A stretch of 64,000 nt of DNA from Tubiluchus corallicola (taxonomy: Eukaryota > Animalia > Priapulida). Positions 28,690-46,000 of this stretch are shown in pieces. Both the position numbers and the translations under genes were made by a program. Positions within the stretch are counted from its first letter, which is position 1; each line of letters begins with the position of its first letter. Below the pieces are notes generated by a model that was not told where the DNA came from, made no database searches, and worked only from the letters and a program-made list of their open reading frames with translations. The stretch covers positions 247,297 to 311,296 of the forward strand of contig JAQGDQ010000272.1 in assembly GCA_030141605.1 (NCBI GenBank). The letters are read 5' to 3'.

Positions 28690-29394
28690 TTCAGAACTGG
28701 ATTAATTGCAGATGTACATCACTGAATGTTGCACAATTATTTGAAGCTCAATGATGACGAGATTTATTTTATAATTTTCAGGCGCACTTGTTTTTTGTTT
28801 AATTACAAGGTTTTTAGCTGATATTTCTATATATAACTCACACTGGCTTGTAGAAATAAAAATAAGTGTTTGATCCTATTGTTTTGTATGTGATTGTCAT
28901 ATAATCTTAAAAATGCACTAAATAAATTAATAAAACTTTTCAAATACTCCGATTACTATATCATAGCAGTAGTTACAAGTAAAACAACAGTTTACAAAAA
29001 TGAACGTGTGAAGTCATAACAAGGTTTTAACTGAAAATTTTGAAGAAAAGTAAGTTTTAAAATTTATGGGTATCCACCATGCCTATATTGTTGCAAAGGT
29101 AGCATGTTTTGTCGGAAAAGCAAAAAAAATCAGGACTTACGCTTAAAAATCTATAATAATATTTAGCTGCACAAATAAGGTGGTACAGTCGTCAAGCTTT
29201 CTTAAAACAAAACTTACATCACTTAGAACCCTGTTATTTTCAGGTTTAACTTTTAAGTTTAAGTTTATTTATTTCCACTCTTAATCTAACAGTTCGCGGA
29301 AATTCACTTATTGCGGGTGGGCCTGGAACGGAACAGTGAGGGAACACTGTATTAACATATGTACACTATATAAGCGTTTCAATATATAGTTTAA

Positions 29395-29615
29395 TAATCA
29401 ATTAATAACTAATTAGAGGATCCAAAGGATTGTGACTTGAATGTGTAAATTTTTGTAATTAACTAATTAAAACTAATTAATTAATAATAATTAATAACTA
29501 ATAATAACTAATTAGAAGATCCGAAGGGTTGTGAATAGAATGTGTAAATTTTTGTAATTAACTAACTAAAATTAATTAATTAATAATAATTAATAACTAA
29601 TAATAACTAATTAGA
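29395..29615. repeat. AT-rich tandem duplication (~110-bp unit)
   Basis: ATAACTAATTAGA.GATCC.AAGG.TTGTGA...TGTGTAAATTTTTGTAATTAAC repeated. Confidence 0.75.
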
Positions 29616-30735
29616 AATAAACGAGGGCTGTGCTACAATACATGCTCCACTCTCTCTCTTTTTTGCACTGTGATTTTTTTAACTTTTTTTATGTTTTTTT
29701 TGTTGGTTTTTCTGTGTTTAATGATTGTGTCACTTTTCGAAATTTGAGAGTTTATAAGTTTATTTATTTCCATTCTGCATCTAACAGTTATAATAAAAAT
29801 ACAGATAATTTCACTGAAGTAAATATAAATATAAATGCAATATTATCCAGAAATTACAAAATGCAGCATATACATGTGCAAATTACATTACATGGTTATT
29901 TTGATGCATACATTTTGAGCCTAAAAGCGTAGCTTGACAGGCCAAACTGTACGTGGGAAATCTTAAAGAAATGATTAATAATTGAAATAATGATAATATA
30001 TACATAAATGTGGGGTAGTGAATGTAAGATGAAATGGAGCGAGAACTAAGAAAAACTGTGTCATGATTATAAAGTGTTCAGTAACCTGTTGAGCATAGTC
30101 ACGTTTTTTTAAGATTACTGTGGAAAAAGACTGCAGGTGATTGCTATTATCAAACTGTGTTACTCTCAATACTTTTGAAATATTTCTTTTCTGACGGTTG
30201 TTTTAAAAGTTGAAAGGGAGTGACTACATTTTGAATTGCGGCATAGTCTATTGTGCCATGGTTGTGGTCACAGGGGGCAGGCTTGTAGCTACAAATGTGC
30301 AAGGCTGAAATCAAGTCACGCCCATTCATATCCAGCTACATACCACCTAATGGATCCACACCATTACATCTGAACTCTAGCTGAAAACTGGTTTGGAAGC
30401 AAAGTTATGTGTCTCTAGCAAGGGCATTGTAAGCCAGCATAAGGGAAAGTCTGATGACCCGAGGTTGAAAATAACTAGTTTACCGAGGCGAGCTTTTAAG
30501 CTTTCACTTGGACTTTCGTTTGGTGTTCTGAACATCATGGCACAAATTTCCAGTTCTTTTTGTTCATCAGAGATCAGCTATTGTTATGGGCGTTAGTTTT
30601 TCAATTCGCCAGTGGATGTGTTAACTGTGTAAAAACGCAAAACTGGGACATTTTAGAATGCAGACTGTCTTCTAACATTTTCTGTGTCACCATTTTAAAA
30701 AGTTTGTGTTTAACAAAATCAGCCCAACTACGACA

Positions 30736-32904
30736 ATGCAAACCAGAAAAGTTTACTTGTCGTTAGCAATAGTGCTGATCGGTTGTGTCATCTTATACAA
30801 AATAAGGTCATATAATCATTCACTGCTCGCATCAGGTAACTAATCGACTATTAGAAGCTAAATTAACATTATAGAAATTGAAAGATCTAATAATTCTGCA
30901 ATTAGCGCTGCTTAATTTACTCTGTTACTTCAATAGAAATTGCAGTAACGATTTTTTTCTACGATACATTGATACCAACTCACGTAGGCCTATAATTTTA
31001 TTCGTGTAAACAATAACGGTTATAACTGCATGAATCATTGTACCACAATTAAGAGATTAAAGAAGGTTTAGCAACAGACACTAACAAAAGTTCAACTGGC
31101 TGTTGATTAAATAATTAGTGCATATGAATTGCCTATCTCGACAATTATCAGGAGTAATAACTTTAAAAGATTTCAAGTATATTATTATTATTATTATTAA
31201 AAATCTTTATTGAACGTTATACAATAAGTCCTCTATTTGCAGGGCACAAAAGTACAAAAATGTCAAATAAGTCTTTACACTATGTACATTAAATAAATTT
31301 CTTGCTAAACAAGTTGAAAATTTTGCATTACGATTTACTTATTCTAAATATATATCCAATATTTATAAGCAATGTATAAACAATTTACTATAAGTTCATT
31401 TTGGATTAGTTCTTTTACAATATCTATACACATTTTAATTACATTAGTGTCTCTCTTTCTGTAAATGTTTCGAATGTCTTTATTTTCTAAGGTGCGTTCA
31501 AGATTTACTCGTATATCTTATCTTATATCTTTTCAAGTATAGCAGTAACTGAACTTATTTCTATACGTTTCATATAAGCAGACAATTGTGAATGTAAATC
31601 TACGTGTTTCAGAAAAACATGCTGATGAAAACTCCATTGAAATATCATCGAATGTAGATGATGTCGATGCGGGAAATGCTAACCAAGATGACACTCCCGA
31701 CGTTGCTGACGACAACCACAACGCTGATGATGATGATGAAGGAGAAGAAGAAGAAAAAGAAAAAGATGAAAATGACCAGAATAAATTGTACTATAAGTTA
31801 CCACCACAAAATGACCCTCAAGGTTACCATCTACACTTTGAACAAAAGGAAAAACCCAAGGTGATTCTACTTGTGGCGTATTATCGGTCAGGGTCATCAT
31901 TTGTTGGAGAATTGTTGAATAATCATCCGGATATCTTCTATTTCTTTGAACCACTCTTCAGCATGGATCACAACCGCGAGCTGGAAATGTCCAAAGGAGT
32001 TCAGTATGACGCAGAAAAATTTGTGTTAAAGAAACTGCAGTTATTGGAAGCGTTGTTCCAGTGTAATGTTACGGCTGAATGGGGACCTCAGCCAGAGTTT
32101 GTGCGTTCATCAGCTGCAATTCAGCGCACCACTGACTGTTCGACTCCAACAGCAATAGGAACACCAGACGAAAAATTTGAAGAACCTTGTTACAGTAAAG
32201 TCATGAAACTAATGAGTGATTTAGAACAAATTTCTAAAATGTGTACTTCTTATAAATATGTTGCCATTAAAACTATCCGATTGTCAGTTGCAGCTGCAGC
32301 TGCCTTTATGGAACATCCACGATTCGATGCAAAGGTCATACATATAATTAGGCACCCTCTAGCTGTAATAAGCTCTCAAAGTGCATTGCTGAAGAGGGGT
32401 GTGAAAGATACTAAACAACTCGAACAAGATTTTTTAGAAAAAATACCTGTTTGTAACAGTATTGATGAAGACATTGAATCAGGAGCTGAATTAAGAAGCA
32501 AATACCCAAATAATTACATGATGGTCCGTTACGAAGACATTGCAAATGACCCAGAAAAACTTGTTGAAGATATTTACAAGTATCTGAACATCTCCAACTA
32601 CAAACCCATTTTGGATTGGGCTTCTGTCCATACACGGTATGATAAAGGCACTCACGGGAAACCAATGCCTAGAACCTCCAAACAGGACTCTGCAGCAGCT
32701 TCGCAGCTGTGGAAATTTAGATTTGCCAAAATTGATCCTTCTTTACTGACTCTATTAGAGACTGAGTGCTCACCTGCTATTGAAGCAGGCGGCTACTCCA
32801 AGTTACAAAAGCCTTCAGTCTCAGGAAACTCTGCACCTCTGCCTCACCATAATAATGTTGTGGAAGAAGATCCCGGGGCTGATGATGGTAATAATGGAAG
32901 TTAA
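30736..32904 (+). CDS. Golgi carbohydrate (Gal/GlcNAc-6-O-type) sulfotransferase, CHST1-7-like, paralogue 1
   Basis: Exon 30736-30835 (MQTRKVYLSLAIVLIGCVILYK, type II anchor), phase-1 intron, exon 31613-32904; 5'-PSB YRSGSSFVGELL..HPDIFYFFEPL, 3'-PB VIHIIRHPLAVISS, VRYED. Confidence 0.93.
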
Positions 32905-33599
32905 GTAGATAATACATACCATGCTGTTGGACAGAAATTATTGATGATTTAGACATGTTCTCGAATGAGACTTAGCGACAATACAGCCTGTGCATTGATG
33001 ATCATCAATCATTATGCCAAATTTAATGTCATTGGCCAACGTAATGAAAACTCGGTCACCATTCTAAAGACATTCTTTATTGTATAAATTTCTGTATAAA
33101 TTGTTCATGTAAGCCATTTTGAGATTGTTTCTTTATCAAATAATTAGCTCGCATGAGCAAGTGCAAGGCCTACTTAAAATAGAATTTATACAGTACTAAA
33201 TCATGTGAATTCGGTTACTAGACACCAGAACTTTGTTAAGTTGCTAACCTAACTTGCGGTAGAGTAGAGCCATGATAAATACAGGTGTGTAAATTTGGGT
33301 GTTACATATAGGATTATTGTATAAAAGGTGTTAATTTGTATAGATATACATTGATAAGTTCTGTATCGGTATGTTAATAAAGGTGTTGCTGCACCAGGTA
33401 AAATATGCATGATATTTGCGAGACTGCCTTTTATTAGTGATTCAAAAATCTTTACAACTGAACTCGAATTCGTTTCGCAATTTTGAAATTCGGTTTGATT
33501 CTAATTCAAAAGTCACAAATTCGATTCGATTCGAAATCTCTTTCTGGTGGAGAATGCTCAGCCTTATAATAATTGGTACTATGTGGCATTGTGAGATTT

Positions 33600-34080
33600 G
33601 GTCATCATCATCGTCATCTTTGGAGTCACATGTCGTTTGACGTGATCCTCCTGATCACTTTACTCCATGCTGCCCTGTCACCCGCAACCTCCTATGTCTC
33701 TGTATTTTTGATATCTGTTGGTGTGTTGATAAGATCTTTTTGGATGAAATTGATATAAGTCAGCAGCTGTCCTCCTTGCAGATTCTTTTTTTCTGCAGTG
33801 CTTCTTTGAAAGCTAACTTTAATGGACTGTCATCTGGTAGTCGCATAACATATCCTATCCATCTTAATCTTTTCCTTTTGATTTAAAAGTGTCCATTCCT
33901 TTGCCTTGACTTTATTGTACAGATCCTGGTCTGATATTTTCTTTGGCATTTTATTCCTACAATTTTCTCTAGTTTCTTTTTCGAAATGCATCAATAATTT
34001 CTGATCTGTGTTAATTGTTCATATTTCTCAGTTATAAAGAAACACAGTTTCCACAAGTGCAACAAAGATTCTTAATTTTC
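33600..34080 (-). mobile_element. Decayed RTE-like LINE 3' fragment
   Basis: Minus-strand reading gives ...KRLRWIGYVMRLPDDSPLKLAFKEAL..., typical of RT C-termini; short (GAT)n tail. Confidence 0.65.
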
Positions 34081-35734
34081 TATCTAAACTGATCCTCTTG
34101 CTTTAAATGTTTTTTTTTGTAGATTTAGTGTAGTGGTCGTACTAGTGGAAACGTGTGATTTTCTTTGTTTGTAACAATGTTGATGATCTTTGGTTGCTAG
34201 ACAACATGAAGTGACGCACGCTTGCACATGAGTTTGTTTACGTTGGTGCGCATAGGCACTATGAAGTAATCTGGCAGAAATAGCTGTTATGTTTTTACGT
34301 ATGATTTTCTTGTGTGGTTGAAGAAGTTTATAACGTTTCTTTTGTGACGTTTTTCTGTTCAATGTTATAAAATTCTTTCGTATCTGATTAAGTTTGATGC
34401 GATATGATACGTTACGTAAGCAATAAAAACCTCAGTTTATGTATTTCCGCACTTTCAAGTGGTTTTCAAGTGTCATAGTTTAGTACGATTAATATCGGCC
34501 TATCTGTTGTGTGTATATTTATAATAATTATACCACTCGTTCCTATACTTCTGTTTTGCTGCTCCGTGATTGCGTTCCAGTTGGCAGTAATGCTAACATC
34601 TCCATCTATTTCTACAACTCAATGTCAATTATGACGAGATTCATTAAAATATTTTAGATTTCTGGAGGGGCTTGGTTCTCTCCCATGGCGAGTTATCACT
34701 TACTATTACTCATTTAATGGATCCATATCAAATACTCAAGTAATTGGAGTGTGTTGATTACATCAAGCGCTGTCTGTCATTGGTCTACTGTTTTTCTGTA
34801 CCTAACGCTCTACCTAATGACATATTCCCACATTTCCTGGTCCTTCGAGCTGAATATTAATCGATCATTAGAACAATGGCTGATCATAAAATTAAAACCG
34901 ATGGTAGACCTGATTCGTCACGTTAATGTGATTTAAAAAAATTAATTATTATATTTATTTCCTTAATGTTTTACTTTTGTATCGCTGACTCGTATCAATC
35001 ATACAATTGATCGAGTACTGTGAGCGGTACCACAGTTCAGCTACAACAGTACAAATTTCAATAGGTCGAAACTTCTAAAAGTGTTCTTTTTCTTAAAATT
35101 TGCATTGTTCTGAAAAAAATGATTTTTTGAAACCTTTTAGGACAGACCTCCTTAAACTAAATTTATTAAAGCTGTCATTTGAAATAACGGTTTTGAGTTT
35201 CTACAATAAACATGTTTGTAGGTCTGGTAGAATTTGTTCTGGGATATACGTAATAGCATAATGTCTATTCATTATCATCAACATCATCATCATCACCATC
35301 ATCATTATCATCATCATCATCATCATTATTGACTGATAAGGCACAAAAGGTTTCATCGTTGGTTAATATAAGCGTAGCAAAAGGCGAAAACAAAATGTGT
35401 TACTATCGAAATGAATATTCAGCTCATTAAGACACAATCTTAGTATCGTAGAAAATAAATCACGGTATTAAGTTTTATGAAGCCAAGCTGATTTGCATAG
35501 TAATGAATGCAATTCGTTATATTACAAATTAATACGGTTCTATGTTACAGAATGACTCGTAGTGAAAAAATCTACAATTCTGCAGTGTGGATAGTCTCGT
35601 TAATATTACAAATAACAGGACTAGTTCCTTACCACGCATGGAGCCATCCTTACATGTTGATTATTTCTAATCAAAAACTGGTTTGAATCGAAGCTACACT
35701 ATATGTCTTAGTGTAATATAGTCTATAGTCTATA

Positions 35735-35900
35735 GCCTTACCTTTCCTTAGACCTTAGTCCTTCCCGTGCACGGATGCACATTGGGCAGACAGCATTTTC
35801 CACTGGGTTCTATCGGCGGCTTCTCTTTCGATGTTCTCCCAGCGTCTGTTCATAGCCCAAAGGTCTTCTTTGAAAGATCTGCGCCACGTTGTTTTTGTAA
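35735..35900 (-). mobile_element. Short RTE-like LINE 3' end upstream of sulfotransferase paralogue 2
   Basis: KTTWRRSFKEDL...WENIEREAADRTQWKML matches the RTE ORF C-terminal pattern; not seen at the equivalent site upstream of paralogue 1. Confidence 0.7.
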
Positions 35901-36146
35901 GCCAGCACAAGCAAAATTCTGATAATCTCAGGTTGAAGACAACTAGTTCCATAGGATATTTTATTTGGTGTGGTGGTCAGTATCATGGCAAATACTTCAG
36001 TAATTATTGTTCATTTTCGTCTTGTTATTTTTATGATTATTAGTTTCCAAATTCGTTTGCGGATGAACTAATTGTGCCACAAGGTTTCTGTGTCACCGTT
36101 TTTAAAAGTGAATACTTGTGTTGACAAAATCAGGGCTATCACGAAC

Positions 36147-38558
<2,412 letters not shown>

Positions 38559-38624
38559 AATCGTGAAAGAAGATACTGGAGTTCATGGTCATAATAATGG
38601 AATTGAAGTAGGCAATATGAATGA

Positions 38625-38800
38625 GACTGCTGGACAGAAATTACTGGCATTTTAGAAATGTTCAAAAGTGAAACTTTGTGACAATGCAGAACAGGTATAG
38701 ATGACCTATAATGCCAGACCGCTGGACAGAAATTATTGGCATTTTAGAAATGTTCAAAAGTGAAACTTTGTGACAATGCAGAACTGGCATAGATGATCCA
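38625..38800. repeat. ~93-bp tandem duplication downstream of the paralogue 2 stop
   Basis: GCTGGACAGAAATTA.TGGCATTTTAGAAATGTTCAAAAGTGAAACTTTGTGACAATGCAGAAC twice. Confidence 0.85.
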
Positions 38801-39485
38801 TATTTAATGGCGCTGCATGGCTTGTGTAACAGAAACTCGATTGTACATAGTAATTATACCTTTTCGAGATTGCTTCTTCTGGCATTGTATAATTAGGCCG
38901 CATTAGTTAGAACTACTAGAACACATACAGTATACACAGAAATCATGTGAATTCGATGAGTAGACCCCAAAACTTTTAGTCAGTTGCTGACATGTACTGT
39001 ACAGCCATGATAGTTTTAAAGTACAGCAACTAAGAAATACAGTAAGTATATATGATTAGTGTATAAAATGAGTACATTGATAAGTCTTATACCAATGTGT
39101 TAATTGTTGTACCATTAAAGATTTTTGAAAATTAAGTGCTCAACCACAACCTAAATAATAATAATTAAGCCCTCATAGGAAATGTAACTACATATAATAT
39201 AAAACTATTACCGTTATTTATAACATGGCACTAGCTAGTACTACTCTGCAAAGTAAATCATTGCTGGCATGTCAAGTGAACAATATTGTAAATTATTAAA
39301 GAATCAGTTATGATCATAAAGCTAAAGTCTAGTTATTTATAAAACTATATACCCAAAACCAAGTAACGTAATGGAAACAAACAAGAAATTTAATTAAAAT
39401 ATCATAATAATTAGTAGTAGTAATAGTAGTGGCATGTCTTTTGACGATAGCACATACGAAGGAGTGTTAGCTCCTCGCACATTAA

Positions 39486-39555
39486 CGCAATAGCTCAATG
39501 ATAAACTGCTCACTTCCCACACGGGAAGTCACAGGTTCAACATCCTGCCGAGTTA
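39486..39555 (+). mobile_element. tRNA-derived SINE head or decayed tRNA pseudogene
   Basis: A-box-like TAGCTCAATGAT and B-box-like GGTTCAACATCC at tRNA spacing; middle CTTCCCACACGGG resembles tRNA-Gly(CCC); no clean acceptor stem. Confidence 0.5.
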
Positions 39556-40029
39556 TGCCAGAAACTTAAAATAGTATTGCATTTTCTTCAACCAAGCATG
39601 CCGACTTAACTGTAAAGTGACATGCGGATAATAATAATTGGGATCACTTGGAAGTAAACATTGAGTTATTCAGTGTGTTATCCGTGGACTTTGTCATAAC
39701 CGAAAGTGATAAGATTTATTTTTTACTTGCACGGTTTTATTGAAATTAGTAACTGGGTTACTAACATTGTACAGTCTGTCTATCTATTGTGCATTTTACG
39801 CGATTCCCATGTGTACAGTACGGAACTGGCAATATTCAGCGTTTTTATTTTGCATTGATAATTTACCTAATTATTTTTTGGTCAGTTAAATGTTCCCCTG
39901 TTGTAAAAAACGAATGTGGTCTTCTTTGTACGTGCAAGCGTGTGGTCGTGGCGCAGACGCAAACGGTATTTTGCAGTGCGTTCATCGGAACGTGACATTT
40001 CCAGAACCATTTCCTTCTAGTCGTGGGAT

Positions 40030-43000
40030 ATGGCCAATGCTAACGTACGTGACCAAGGTAATAAACAGTTTTTTTTCTCATTTACTAATAATGATGTTTT
40101 GTGTCATCGCGTAAGAATAGAAATTTGTTCTGGTTTAGTTGGGCAGCTAGCAAAGTTATTCACTAAAGTAAATATTATGTAGATTTTAGTTTGACATCGT
40201 TACTCCCGTCTTAGTTGCGTGACACTAATCTGGCGATTACATCATTACATGTAGGGTCATGGTCATGCGAGAGTATCTCTATATTAGTTAGAGTTTGGTG
40301 AATGTGCAGCTGTATTGCCGTTTACCGTAATCAATTCTAAAAAAAGTTCTGTGTAGAACAATAAATCTGGACAGTTGTTCAGCTTAGCTGCTAATTAGGT
40401 CACCGACTCCAATAGGCAATTCATCGAGTTGATGCTCGAAAATTGTAGTGAAAAGAGGACAATGGAGTACTTTTCACTTTTTGTGATAATAATTTTACTA
40501 CTTTATATAATGTTAGCCAAAGAATCCACCAGCTATAAAATACAAGGACTTATGACATAGAAAACTGGCACAGAATCTACAGAGACTGTAGTGTGTGTAG
40601 TAGTCAGTTTGAAGTTAAAGGGTCTTTGAAGGACAGTCTGAGAAAATCTTGTAGTCAGCAATTATATATATGTAATTATTTATGTGTGTTTGCATAGCAA
40701 AATTGTTTATAAGTCGGTGTCAATCTTTTCTAATTATTCACATATCCGTAATCTCCATTTCATGAGGATCATATTGATACCAAGTTCATTGCTCTATGTT
40801 ATTTCCAAGCTGAGATAATCCATGTTGAAGTTGAGGTGCGCGCTATGCATTGAAAAACATAATCTTGAGAAAATCACTGTTAAAGTCAGCCATTGTTTTT
40901 GTCGCGTTTCTACAAAACACTTAGCAACCACACCAATGTTGGTTGTCACGGACTTTGCAAGAACACATTGAAGTTATGTTTAAATCCAGTAGATGGCAAT
41001 TTCTAGCGAAGCTCTGGGCTTGAGAACAGAAAACCCGAAGCAAAATAACAGCTTCCATGAGCTACTATCAGTTTGAGTTTTTTGCAATTGCAGAACTAGT
41101 TTCTAACCAGAAAAGTGGATACGGGGTTATAAAATTAGATTTTTAGTATTTTTTAACATTTTCTTGATAATTTGATGCTAGAATATAAAAGTCCAATATA
41201 TTTAGCATTTGTTTTTATAAAGTACAAAGTATAAAGCAGATAAGCTGTGGTCCATCCAAAACATTATTGATAGAGATGTAATATATCCAGTTCCGGTTGC
41301 CAAGATCCATTACTTTTGATGTCGTTTACATTAATTTGTGGAGCCGGATCCGGCAAAACGGGATCTGGTGCATCTCTAATTCACTGCCATGTCTAGTTAC
41401 GCATTCTGGAAGAGGATGGCAGACATTCTTCTGTGTCGAAGTCCCGGATTACATTACAGTTTGGGTTAAGCGAGACTAGATCTGGATGCCCGTATTCGAC
41501 AGATTTTTCAGTTTAGATTTTTTCCCACTGGCTTAACGGACAAGAAAAGGGATACCTAAAGTAGGTCTCAGAAAAATCGCCTTAAAAAATTCTATTACTT
41601 TATAGCAATTTTATGCATATATCTTACTCGCACTGAAAGGAATTTTAGTTTGTCTTCATTTTAAATCTCCCGCAATACTGCTCCGAAGTCGCCATTATAT
41701 GACGTCATGTACCAAACATAAATCAGGGGAAGAAAAGGAAATGTTAAATTATGCCTCAAAAGACGTTCCGTGCAAATCTATATTACTCAGATTTTTGCTT
41801 ACCTGCTGGAAAGACTTATGTAACTAGAAAAGAAAATTATTAATTATTTAAAATGTTTTCGCCAATTGGTAAAATGTCGCTGACTCACCCACCAGGGGGC
41901 ACCACTCAGTAACCAAAAACGTATTTTTAATCTTATTGACAAGATACAATAATTTAAAATTTTATTTAATTAGTGACTTGAGCGCTACGAATGCTCTGAT
42001 TAATTTTTCAAACTTTACAAAATGTTATCTAAACTTGTTTCAAATGAGCTGTCGTAAAAATGGCTGCGTCTAACGGTCATCCCAGGAGTTTAAATTTCCA
42101 TGTTTTATACAGCGTGACTGCCGATTGAAGTCCTGTCCGTAAAAATGCAGTATGTAAGTGATATAAAATTTCAAAACGAATTTTTCAAGCTTTATGTTTA
42201 TGAAGGGTTTTCTTGTGCTTTAAGGAAGCCACACGTCGTAGAAGTATACTGTAGGTTACCAGACAATAATACTGCAATGTTGGCAGTGGTGCTGAAAACA
42301 TGGAAATTTGTAAAGATACAAGATGGCGTTCAAAATTGAACAAAATGGTGGCTTAAGCCGAAAAATTTGTCGCAATCACGATTGTCTTGCGTCCTCCATG
42401 CCAGCAAAACAGATGCTAATCGGCTGCGATGGTGTTAGCACACGTCTATAGAACCCCGTCTATTTACTGCTGCCAGTTTGCATTGCGGCTTCGTGCGGAT
42501 GAATACCGTCACTGTGTAAATGACGATCACTCGCATGTCAACAAATAACAGGGATGTTAATTTTCTTTATTCTTTTAAACTTTGTTCTTTCTATGGACTA
42601 ATAAACCATTGTCATTTGTGTTCACATAAACTTGAAGTTTCATTACATAGCATTAAATCCATATTGTAAAAAAGCGTTAAAGAAAAGCTGGACCCAATCT
42701 TAAGCTGTAGATCAAAACGATCGTCTCTTTAAAATATTGAAACGAAACTTACAAATTTTTTCAAGAAATGATTTGCATGAAAGAATTATTACCACAATTT
42801 TGTGTTCGCGCCGCTAGTTTTTTTGCTTTTACCTACATTTCGCCATTCGCTGGTTAGACGGGCACTAGCGCCTGCATTTCAGAAATGCATTGCATTCTAC
42901 CTTTCAGTTCACAGGTGTTCGTTTGTGATGTACTGCACTCGTTCGAGAGCTCAAGCATGAGTGCACCGGTAAATTTGAAAATTGAATTTTTAACTTAAAA

Positions 43001-46000
43001 CTTAGTACAACAGTCTGAATATCTTACAGTAGCACTGTACTTCAATTTTCACTTTTGCAAACACGTGCAACACGCTCATGGAATATTTTTGCTGTTGAAA
43101 ATTATGTTCATTTGTGATGCCATCAATAGTTGTCATTATTGTTACTATTATTTAATTATCAGAAATGTTTTTGCAGTATTATTGGTGTTAAAATCTATAC
43201 TTTTTATCGTACTTGAAAATGGGTTAGTTTATGAAAAATCATCCTGTCTTCCTTTAAGGTTTTTTTTTTATTTTTTTACTGTCTTGATGAATTATGAATG
43301 AGCATTTTATCATGCAGTTAAAGTTTGGAAAAATGTGATTGCTACATGTGCTACTTACGACTTTATTCAATTCAATTCAAAACGTGCATTTATTTCCATA
43401 TTCATGATATAACCGAGGCAGGTAAATGTATTTAATTATCACAATGGAAATAGGATGGCGAAAGACCAAGAAGGTCAACTAGTCAAGCCATCCTTCAATG
43501 GATGTATGTGATTATTGGGATGACACTGTAGCTATTTCACTCAGGAATAGTAGTGAAATGACATTATTACTATTTTACTTAGCAACTTCATCTGTTTAAA
43601 ATTCACTAATCAACTTTAAATAAGTGAAGGATGAAAATGCAATCAAGAATATCTAAACATAGAGGAAAATGATGAAGAAAAAGCAATGGTAAGTAAAGGG
43701 CAAATAATGTGGTACAAATGAATAGAAAAATGATCAAAATTCAAGCTGTCATATCGTCCATGTATAACTCAAAATGAGAAAAACATGCAAAATAATAACA
43801 ATAATATTAAATAAAAAATGATAAAAAACAAATTAAATGAAATGAAAAGTAAGCTATCCAAACAGAAATCTAAATAAACTTCCAAATAGAGTTTTACTTT
43901 GCAAAAACCCATTTTTTATTTTATCTAAATAATGGGGTGGAATTGTGGGATTGTTCCATCATGTATAACTCTGCACTTTTTGCATTTCAGGCATGAATCC
44001 ATTCAAGGAGTTTCTCCAAGTGCTTGATCTTGGGAGTAAAAAGTATCTGTTTTATTCTCTGCCCGCTCTTGGGGACACCAGATATGGTAAGAACTCACTG
44101 ACTGACTGACTGACTGTTTTTACAGCAAAAGAATTTTTAAAACTTGCAGGGACCAGCAGTGCCATTTTTGTAAATTGCGTAAATTCGTTGAGAAAATTTT
44201 TACGGACCCAGTACATTATTTCACAAGCTGACCGCTAGTTGGCAGGCCGTCACTTTGTTTACATCACGTACATCAGTGTAACCACGTGTGTATCTCTATG
44301 TATAAAAATATAGAATCAATTGTCCGGAGTTATTTGAGTCAATTGCAGACAGTTTTTATATACTTTTGCATAGGAGCGGCCAGTACTTAGGCATTTTCGA
44401 GACAATTAGGTATCATGTATCCTTGATAGTTGGGTATTTTAAATTATGCATGAAACAAGGTAATTGATATTTTAAGTCCACTTAGAGGTTCTCTACGGTC
44501 ACAAAATTGCATTTTCAACCCCATTGGGGGCCTAGGTGGCCCCAAAACCCCCGGCCTGTTTCAGAGTTTTTTGCAATTTCTCATTCTCATCCCTGGGCCT
44601 GGCAGGGGAGCTTTTATGATGTGTAAACTGTGAATTTTGTTCATGTAACATTCACAGCTTAGCAGCAGATGCTAGTACGTGGTTTCGTTTAAAGTTCAAA
44701 TAGACGAACAACAGATGTTCTAATCTTCAAAGCAGCGCAAAATGGTCTTAAGAAAATGGAGTTTCTTAAACAACTCACTACTGCGACCGAAAGCGATTTT
44801 TTTGCTCCACTTGTTTACTTAGAGTCTCCGAAAGCGAAATTAACTGGTCTTGTGCTCTTGAAGTGTGCTAATATAGAGGATTTTAGTTAAAGGAAAACTG
44901 GACCCAATTTTAAACTATAGGTCAAAACAATCTACTCTTTAAAATATTGAAAGGAAACTTACTGTTTTTTAAAAATGACATACGTGAAACAATTATTACC
45001 ACACAAACACAATTTCTTGTTCCCGCCATTAGTTTTTCGCTTTTACATGCATTTTTTCATTTGCTGGTTAGACGAACATTAGCGTTTATCTTGGAAAAGC
45101 ATTGCACAAAAAACAGTTGCTGTATCTGTCAGTTTAGATGCGTGAACACAGCAGTATATTTGGTGAAATTTGAATTTTCGTCATAAAACTTGCCTAGTTT
45201 TAGTACAATACTGAATATCTTACAGTAGCACTGTACTTCAATTTTCGCTTTAGCAAACACGTGCAACACGCTCATGGAAAATTACGTTATTTTGTGATAT
45301 CATCAATATTTGGGCTCGCCCGCCATTAACTAAGTTTTAAATCTATTATTTAATTGTCAGAAACGCTTGGCAGTGTTAAAATGTGTTAATTGTGTTAAAA
45401 TGTAAACCTTTTGTAGAACGCGAGAATGGGATAGTATATGAAAAATCATCCCGTCTTCGTTTAGATGTTAAGATTTAAACTCATTTTAATTATTATTTAA
45501 CGTAAACGTTAATGATAATTCGTATATATAGCATTTATTGGTTTAAGTGTTAGACAATTTTATCTGATAGAAATTAAATTACATCTAGTCTATAGGAACA
45601 CAAACTAAACTGGCAAAATGCAAAGGTATTCACAGGTAAACGTTTGCAGATCTAACACACCACAAGCAATACTGACAGGAAACGTTTGCTCACTTAAGAC
45701 GCCATAAATAGTTTTGAAAAGGAGCGAAAGAAATGTGCATTGCTTTGTACGACAACATCTCGTTTTTGAAAGTAGCGAAAAATTCCAATTTATAACATCA
45801 TTATTATGCTATAGACTTTATTTTCACATAAATGTTAATTAAATTTCAATGAATCAATCAATTTATTTCACTCCAGCAATACATATGCAATACATCAACA
45901 TACAATGTTATTGAAAAAAATAAACAGTATAGGTAAAAAAACATTGATGAAGTCAAATTAACCAAATAAAAGAGTTGCTGTATGACACCTTGAAAGCTTG

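Noticed and set aside
39486-39555. Functional tRNA gene
   Set aside because: Degenerate A and B boxes and no convincing cloverleaf; treated as SINE or pseudogene
39965-39990. CAGTGC near the putative IRP 5' exon as an autoregulatory IRE
   Set aside because: Flanks TTTTG / GTTCA do not pair into the 5-bp upper stem and there is no bulged C
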